Position numbers and translations under genes: made by a program. Positions 58,946-64,000 of a DNA stretch of 64,000 bases are shown here, piece by piece (the first letter of the stretch is position 1; the number at the start of each line of letters is the position of its first letter). Source of the stretch: Candidatus Sericytochromatia bacterium (GTDB taxonomy: Bacteria > Cyanobacteriota > Sericytochromatia > S15B-MN24 > JAQBPE01); NCBI GenBank assembly GCA_040400605.1, contig JBBAPZ010000016.1, forward strand, positions 1 to 64,000, in the 5' to 3' direction. The notes beneath the pieces are model-generated. The model worked only from the letters and a program-made list of their open reading frames with translations. It did not search any database and was not told the origin of the DNA.

Positions 58946-59404
58946 GTGCGCAGTCTGTATGCTTGTTTATTTCTGCCTGTTGTCTGCTTGACCTTCGGAA
59001 TTGTTTCACCGGGCGCCGTGGCGGCTGACTATCTGGTCCGCTCAGAAACCCCCTCGAAACCGTTGCGGGAAGTGAAGGACGATAACCTGCCGCGTTTTTT
59101 TGGCCTTCCGCGTGAGAATCCGTGGGTCGCGGGAGGATTGTCCATAGCGGTGAATGGCCTCGGGCAGTTTTACAATCAGGAACCGCAAAAAGGTTGGGCC
59201 ATGGCCTCTGGTTGGCTATTGTTTCCGGTGGCGTGGGTTGGCGACGGGCTCACGCAGGGTGCCGCTCTGCGTGTTTTTGCCTACACGTTTAACATGGGTG
59301 TGAAAGTCTGGTCTGTTTGGGATGCGTTTACGGTTGCAGGACAAGGCACGGGTAAGCAGAAGCTGCCTGATGGCAAACCGGAACGCGCGCCTGTTCGACC
59401 TTGA
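58946..59404 (+). CDS. Hypothetical exported/membrane protein
   Basis: Signal-like N-terminus; NPWVAGGLS...GLGQFYN...KG pattern and VWDA. Confidence 0.6.
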   Translation: MRSLYACLFLPVVCLTFGIVSPGAVAADYLVRSETPSKPLREVKDDNLPRFFGLPRENPWVAGGLSIAVNGLGQFYNQEPQKGWAMASGWLLFPVAWVGDGLTQGAALRVFAYTFNMGVKVWSVWDAFTVAGQGTGKQKLPDGKPERAPVRP

Positions 59405-59417
59405 ATCTGAGGGTGTG

Positions 59418-61997
59418 ATGCTGGAATACTGTCGGTATAACATCGTGGCGCGTTGGGTGCGTGGCGCGTTGGCCGTTTTTTTGGCGCTCACTGGCTGGAC
59501 ATCATCGGTGGCTGCGGCAGATGCCGAAGCAGGCGCAGATTTCGTCTCGTTGTGGGGCTACACGGGACTGGTGATGATGCCAAGCGCGCACGTGATGCGT
59601 CTGCGCGGGGCTGGCCTTGGCGCTCAGTTATTGTCCTATGACGCGCGTTACGCACCGACGGTTTACGGCACCTTCGGTGTTTTGGATCGGATTGAAGCAT
59701 CTTTGGTGTACGGGGTCCCGGCACGGGATCTGACCGGATTGACAGGACACATCAAGTATCAACTGGTGCAACCCACCCGTGAACGACCGATTGCCGTTGC
59801 GGTGGGACTCAGTTTGATTGGTGTTGCCAGTGGCGAACGTTATGTCGATGGCAACAACCTCTATCTGGTTGTGAGTCAGGATATTCAGGTGCCTTGGGGT
59901 GGGCGGCGTCTGACTGTCGGAACTGGTCACTTTGGCTTTAGCGGCAACCCGATGACCGACTCGCGCATGATGGGTGGAATGAGTGTTCCGATCGGGACGG
60001 ATGCGTCGTTGGTGGGGGAGTATCTGGGTTCAGCAGGTGTTAAGAGCGGCGTTTTTAACTTGGGTTTGTCGTATCGTTTGTTTGAGGACTTCCGGTTGCG
60101 TGTGTTCACGATGGGGTTACCGGATCGTCCGTGGACTGAACGGGAATGGGGTTTGGGTTTGGGGTATCTGGGTCAGGTTGGTGGCGATCGCGACACGGAT
60201 GTCGGGCGCACCGATGACCCGTCTCGTGAAGCTCCCGTCATCAAGGTGACGCCCGCACCACGTAAGCCCAATCCACTCCCGTCGGAATTTATTGTGCCGT
60301 TGCCGCCGCGCATTCCTGATGCATCGGATGCCGGTGCGCCTTTGCCTGCAAATACTGAAGTACCATCACGTGTGTCAAGTCCGAGCGTCAAGCCGTTGAT
60401 TACCGCAATGCCGAGCCCATTCTCCCAAACTGCGCCGATTACGTTCCCAACGCAGCCATCACCTACTCAGGCCCAATCCCTTTTGGGCGACGCTTCAACG
60501 ACACAACCGTTTCGCGGGAACCCGCAGGTATCAAAGCCGTTAATGACACAGTCACCTAACGAACCAACCCTGACAACAATGCCGACGCACCGTGTCACGT
60601 CGAAACCATCTCGCCCTCTTGTCGCGATGACGCCCTTGCCGCGTGTGTCACCAAGCATGTCGCCGTCGGCTGCTTTCGTGACGCCTGTGCCACGTCAATC
60701 AATGGGTCCATCTCAGGCCTCCGCTTTCAAGACGCCTGTGCCGCGTATGTCGACGCGTCCGTCTCAGGCGGCAGCTTTGGTGACACCTGTGCCGCGTGTG
60801 TCAACGGGTCCATCACCGTCGTTGGCTTTCGGGACATCTGTGCCGCGCACGTCACCGGCTCCGTCTCAGGCGTTGGTGACAGAGACGCCTGTGCGTCGTG
60901 ACATGCCACGTTCTTCGTCACCGGTTGGTGCGGCAACGGCTTCGTCGGGCGTTTTTCTGGAGTTGGATGGTTTGATGGGAATGGTTGCGGGGACACTTTT
61001 GGATGAACGGGGACGGGCGCTACCAGGTTGGATGATCCGGGTGAAGGATGGGCCGTGGTCGGTTGTCACTGAGGATGCCGGTCGGTTTCGAATGCGTTTG
61101 CCTTTGGGTCCGCATGAATTGATTGTGCAGGATAAAAAGGGTGACATTTACTTGCGTAAGATGGTGCGTTTGATTAGCCCACGCGGACTTGACCTTCAGC
61201 TCAGTGCCAATTTGGCGCGTGGGTCGATCAAGGGTATCGTCCGGGATCGCGAAACGCGTGCAGGCTTATCCGGCGCGACTGTCCGTATTTTGGGCAATGG
61301 TGAAAACAGGGCAGTTCAAACCGGCGCAACAGGGAGCTTTTCAGTGGCGGATGTACCTCGCGGAACGTTTCAACTGCAGGTAACGCGGCCGCAATATGAT
61401 GCGCAACGCGTGACGGTACAGGTACAGGACCAACGGGAAGATCCCGTGGTCGTCGACCTCGCTTCGCAACCCGGTTTGCTGTCTGGACGGGTTGTCACAG
61501 CTGTCGGTGCACCGTTTGCCAGAGTCGAAGTGCTGGTGGATGGCGTCAAGCGCGCCGTGACGGACCAAGATGGGCACTATACGTTTAAGGATGTGTCATC
61601 TGGCAAGCGTGAGCTTGTACTGGTACAGTCCGGAAGGCGTTTGTTGGCAAAGACTGTTGAGGTGAAGCCAGGCGCAAAGGTCGTTGAAAATTTCAGCGTG
61701 GCTGCTTGGGACGATTCCGGTCAAAAGCCGGGCGTGATTGCCGGCCTGATCGTTGATGGTGTGTCAAAACAGGTGCTGGGTGGGGTTAAATTGGTGGTTG
61801 AAGGCCAGGATTTGACGGTATTGACGTTAAGCGATGCCCAAGGAAAGTTCAATGTGACTGATTTGCCGCCCGGACGTTATGCAATTACCGCGAGTCGGCC
61901 ACGTTACCAGAAAAAATCGGCGTCTGCCAGTGTCACCGCGCAAACCGGTGCGTGGGTAACCCTCGCCTTGCAGCCGTTGGCAGGACAAGTGCCGTGA
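59418..61997 (+). CDS. Surface protein: YjbH-like beta-barrel, Pro/Ser/Thr stalk, four carboxypeptidase-regulatory-like beta-sandwich domains
   Basis: Signal peptide; GYTGLVMMPSA motif and amphipathic strands; four G.(I/V).G.V.D...G.F/Y repeats. Confidence 0.72.
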   Translation: MLEYCRYNIVARWVRGALAVFLALTGWTSSVAAADAEAGADFVSLWGYTGLVMMPSAHVMRLRGAGLGAQLLSYDARYAPTVYGTFGVLDRIEASLVYGVPARDLTGLTGHIKYQLVQPTRERPIAVAVGLSLIGVASGERYVDGNNLYLVVSQDIQVPWGGRRLTVGTGHFGFSGNPMTDSRMMGGMSVPIGTDASLVGEYLGSAGVKSGVFNLGLSYRLFEDFRLRVFTMGLPDRPWTEREWGLGLGYLGQVGGDRDTDVGRTDDPSREAPVIKVTPAPRKPNPLPSEFIVPLPPRIPDASDAGAPLPANTEVPSRVSSPSVKPLITAMPSPFSQTAPITFPTQPSPTQAQSLLGDASTTQPFRGNPQVSKPLMTQSPNEPTLTTMPTHRVTSKPSRPLVAMTPLPRVSPSMSPSAAFVTPVPRQSMGPSQASAFKTPVPRMSTRPSQAAALVTPVPRVSTGPSPSLAFGTSVPRTSPAPSQALVTETPVRRDMPRSSSPVGAATASSGVFLELDGLMGMVAGTLLDERGRALPGWMIRVKDGPWSVVTEDAGRFRMRLPLGPHELIVQDKKGDIYLRKMVRLISPRGLDLQLSANLARGSIKGIVRDRETRAGLSGATVRILGNGENRAVQTGATGSFSVADVPRGTFQLQVTRPQYDAQRVTVQVQDQREDPVVVDLASQPGLLSGRVVTAVGAPFARVEVLVDGVKRAVTDQDGHYTFKDVSSGKRELVLVQSGRRLLAKTVEVKPGAKVVENFSVAAWDDSGQKPGVIAGLIVDGVSKQVLGGVKLVVEGQDLTVLTLSDAQGKFNVTDLPPGRYAITASRPRYQKKSASASVTAQTGAWVTLALQPLAGQVP
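60630..60899 (+). repeat. Degenerate 51-bp (17-aa) tandem repeat, 5 full units plus a partial
   Basis: Units start at 60630, 60681, 60732, 60783, 60834, 60885; consensus TPVPRxSxxPSxxxAxx. Confidence 0.9.
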
Positions 61998-62947
61998 TGG
62001 CTCGAACGCAGATAACGACAGATTACCGGGTGATTGACCATCTCTGGGATCTTGAGTGGTGGCGCAAGAGCCTTTTAAAGCTTGCGTCTGGCGAATGGGA
62101 CTGGCGTCACGATCTGCTGCCAGATGTGTTGACGTGGATGACCCAGACCGGGTTTACATTGTTGGCTGTGGCCTTTTTTGCGCATGTGGCCTGGCGTTTG
62201 TGTGATGGTTTGATTACGCGTTTGTTCGCGATGATCAATTACCGTTTGCTGCCGGATGATCGCATTCGGATGAACCAGCGAACCGTGACGTTGGCTGGAA
62301 TTTTGCGCAGTTTGTGCAAGGTGCTGATCGTGTTTATCGCGTCGACGATCGTGTTGGCGCGATTGGGAGTAAACGTGGCACCCATTTTGGCGTCGGCCGG
62401 TGTTGTCGGTCTGGCGGTGGGCTTTGGCGCCCAAAGCCTGGTCAAAGATGTGATCAGCGGTTTTTTTGTGTTGCTGGAAGACCAGTACGGTGTCGGTGAC
62501 GTGATTGAGGTTGGTGGGCATACAGGGGTGGTGGAACGGATGAATTTGCGGGTCACGCAGATCCGACACGCGAACGGTGCGTTGATTAGCGTTCCGAATG
62601 GTAGTGTGACAACCGTTACGAATCACACCAAGGATTGGACTCGTGCAATCGTCGATGTTGGCATCGGTTACGCGCAATCACCGGAGGAAGTGCTGGCGGC
62701 TTTGCAGGAAATTGCCGCAACGGTTGTGAGAATTTTGCCGGAAAAAACCGTCCGCGACGTCGAAGTGTTCGGCATTGAAGGCTTTAAAGATTCAGAATTG
62801 ACCTATCGTATTCAGCTGCGCGTGGCACCACACGCGCAAGCGAAGGCGTCGCGTGAGTTACGCCTGGCGTTATGGCGTGCGATGCGCGAAGAGCGTTTGC
62901 TACCGTCCTCGGCAGTGCGGCAGGCATTTCAGAGTGGAGGTTGGTAA
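61997..62947 (+). CDS. Small-conductance mechanosensitive channel (MscS family)
   Basis: ASAGVVGLAVGFGAQSLVKDVISG, VGDVI, VPNG; TGATG coupling. Confidence 0.92.
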   Translation: MARTQITTDYRVIDHLWDLEWWRKSLLKLASGEWDWRHDLLPDVLTWMTQTGFTLLAVAFFAHVAWRLCDGLITRLFAMINYRLLPDDRIRMNQRTVTLAGILRSLCKVLIVFIASTIVLARLGVNVAPILASAGVVGLAVGFGAQSLVKDVISGFFVLLEDQYGVGDVIEVGGHTGVVERMNLRVTQIRHANGALISVPNGSVTTVTNHTKDWTRAIVDVGIGYAQSPEEVLAALQEIAATVVRILPEKTVRDVEVFGIEGFKDSELTYRIQLRVAPHAQAKASRELRLALWRAMREERLLPSSAVRQAFQSGGW

Positions 62948-63624
62948 TGGACCTTTCAAGTGCCGACTTGACCACATCACAGGTGGCACGCATTCTTGGC
63001 GTGTCACCATCATTGATTCGAACGTGGACCGTTTCGATGAATTGGGAGGTGCGTCGCAATGCGGAAGGGCACCGTGTGTTTGGTGAGGCGGATCTCGCGA
63101 AATTACGTGAATTGAAATCCTGGTTGGACGGTGGTCGTCATTTAAAGGAATTCCGGCAAGTCGCCTATGGTAGTGGTGAATATGACCCGCGGATCGAGTT
63201 GAAGGCCAATTTCCGGCGGGTCAAGGAGTTACTGTCGCAACACGAAGCCATCTTAACGAAACAGGCCAAATTGCTCGAAGATTTTGCCGAAGCGGGTCAC
63301 ACTTGGTTACGGCGCGTGGAGGCGGTAAGCGAAGAGCAACGCGCAACCACTGACGCCTCATCGTCAAGTGCTAGCGATGAGGCGTTGCAATCGGCATTTA
63401 TCGTGGAAGGTGTGCTGAAACAATTGTTATGTGAAACCTTAGCGCGTCAAGGCAAATTACGATATGCGGGATCCGATACAGCCGGCGAGAAAGTTCGCAA
63501 GCGCTATGTGGCGCCGGATGGACGTCAACAGGTTGTCGAAGACTGGTGCCGGGAGCCGCGAACCAAAGCGTTGCTCGACGCCGTCGTCCAAGCGCTTGTC
63601 TCGCCTGCCCCCGTGCCACAGTAA
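62947..63624 (+). CDS. MerR-type HTH protein with coiled-coil C-terminus
   Basis: TTSQVARILGVSPSLIRTW...RNAEGHRVF; TAATG coupling. Confidence 0.8.
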   Translation: MDLSSADLTTSQVARILGVSPSLIRTWTVSMNWEVRRNAEGHRVFGEADLAKLRELKSWLDGGRHLKEFRQVAYGSGEYDPRIELKANFRRVKELLSQHEAILTKQAKLLEDFAEAGHTWLRRVEAVSEEQRATTDASSSSASDEALQSAFIVEGVLKQLLCETLARQGKLRYAGSDTAGEKVRKRYVAPDGRQQVVEDWCREPRTKALLDAVVQALVSPAPVPQ

Positions 63625-63647
63625 ACCGTGTCGACGTCTTTCACCAG

Positions 63648-64000
63648 CTACAGACGAATAAGGTGAATTTCCCCGGATACGGATCTGATCTGTGACTCAG
63701 ATTCGTCCAGTGCGAATCCGATCCGACGCCCCTCGCCATAGTCAAACCATAGTAACCAGCCCGCTGGAATTTTGGTTTTGCCGCAGTCAACGAATTGCGT
63801 CGGCAGCGATGCGGGCATCAGATTGAAAGCGATGCCAACCGCATCAGTTGCTCCCGTCGCAGTGTTGGGAAGCGGCTTGTCAAACTCAAAGCACTCTTTG
63901 CGCACTTTTTGGTTGGTATCGAACTCAACGATGGTTCGGCCATTGAGTTGACGACCGGTTTTTTGCGCGACCCACGTGTCGCGGTAAACATAAGCGGTGT
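63648..64000 (-). CDS. Partial hypothetical protein (5' end outside the window)
   Basis: Frame stays open from the window edge (TAYVYRDTWVAQKTG...) to the stop at 63648. Confidence 0.5.
   Translation of the reverse strand, partial: TAYVYRDTWVAQKTGRQLNGRTIVEFDTNQKVRKECFEFDKPLPNTATGATDAVGIAFNLMPASLPTQFVDCGKTKIPAGWLLWFDYGEGRRIGFALDESESQIRSVSGEIHLIRL

Noticed and set aside
60630..60899. CRISPR array
   Set aside because: Repeats are in-frame, degenerate and inside a CDS; no cas genes

Overview
Mostly core chromosome of a diderm bacterium, moderately GC-rich by eye and gene-dense. I found no rRNA, tRNA, CRISPR array, prophage or transposase. The mix of an IctB-family protein, DUF4330, an SLH plus beta-barrel protein, LptB, heptose-LPS genes and split-type GcvP, with no photosynthesis genes, fits a non-photosynthetic relative of Cyanobacteria such as Sericytochromatia (inference only). 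Housekeeping genes include gcvPB, gatC, lptB, ahcY, recQ, gdhA, dapF, miaA, rseP, hemL, rsmE, rpmE, secA, prfB (with a +1 programmed frameshift missed by the ORF track), rfaE1/rfaE2, xerD-like, pgeF and lgt. The most novel-looking elements are five. (i) A three-gene cassette at 5.2-8.5 kb has two paralogous papain/CHAP-like Cys hydrolases without signal peptides, in which the usual G-H-I catalytic motif reads H-x-x-A-G-D-I. (ii) 11-bp-phased TTAA repeats, some with sigma28-like -10 boxes, sit upstream of five orphan genes with low-complexity N-termini, suggesting a co-regulated set of exported proteins. (iii) A type II P-type ATPase has non-canonical ion ligands. (iv) An operon links heptose enzymes, DUF4330 and IctB. 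(v) A surface protein combines a beta-barrel, a 17-aa-repeat stalk and four beta-sandwich domains.
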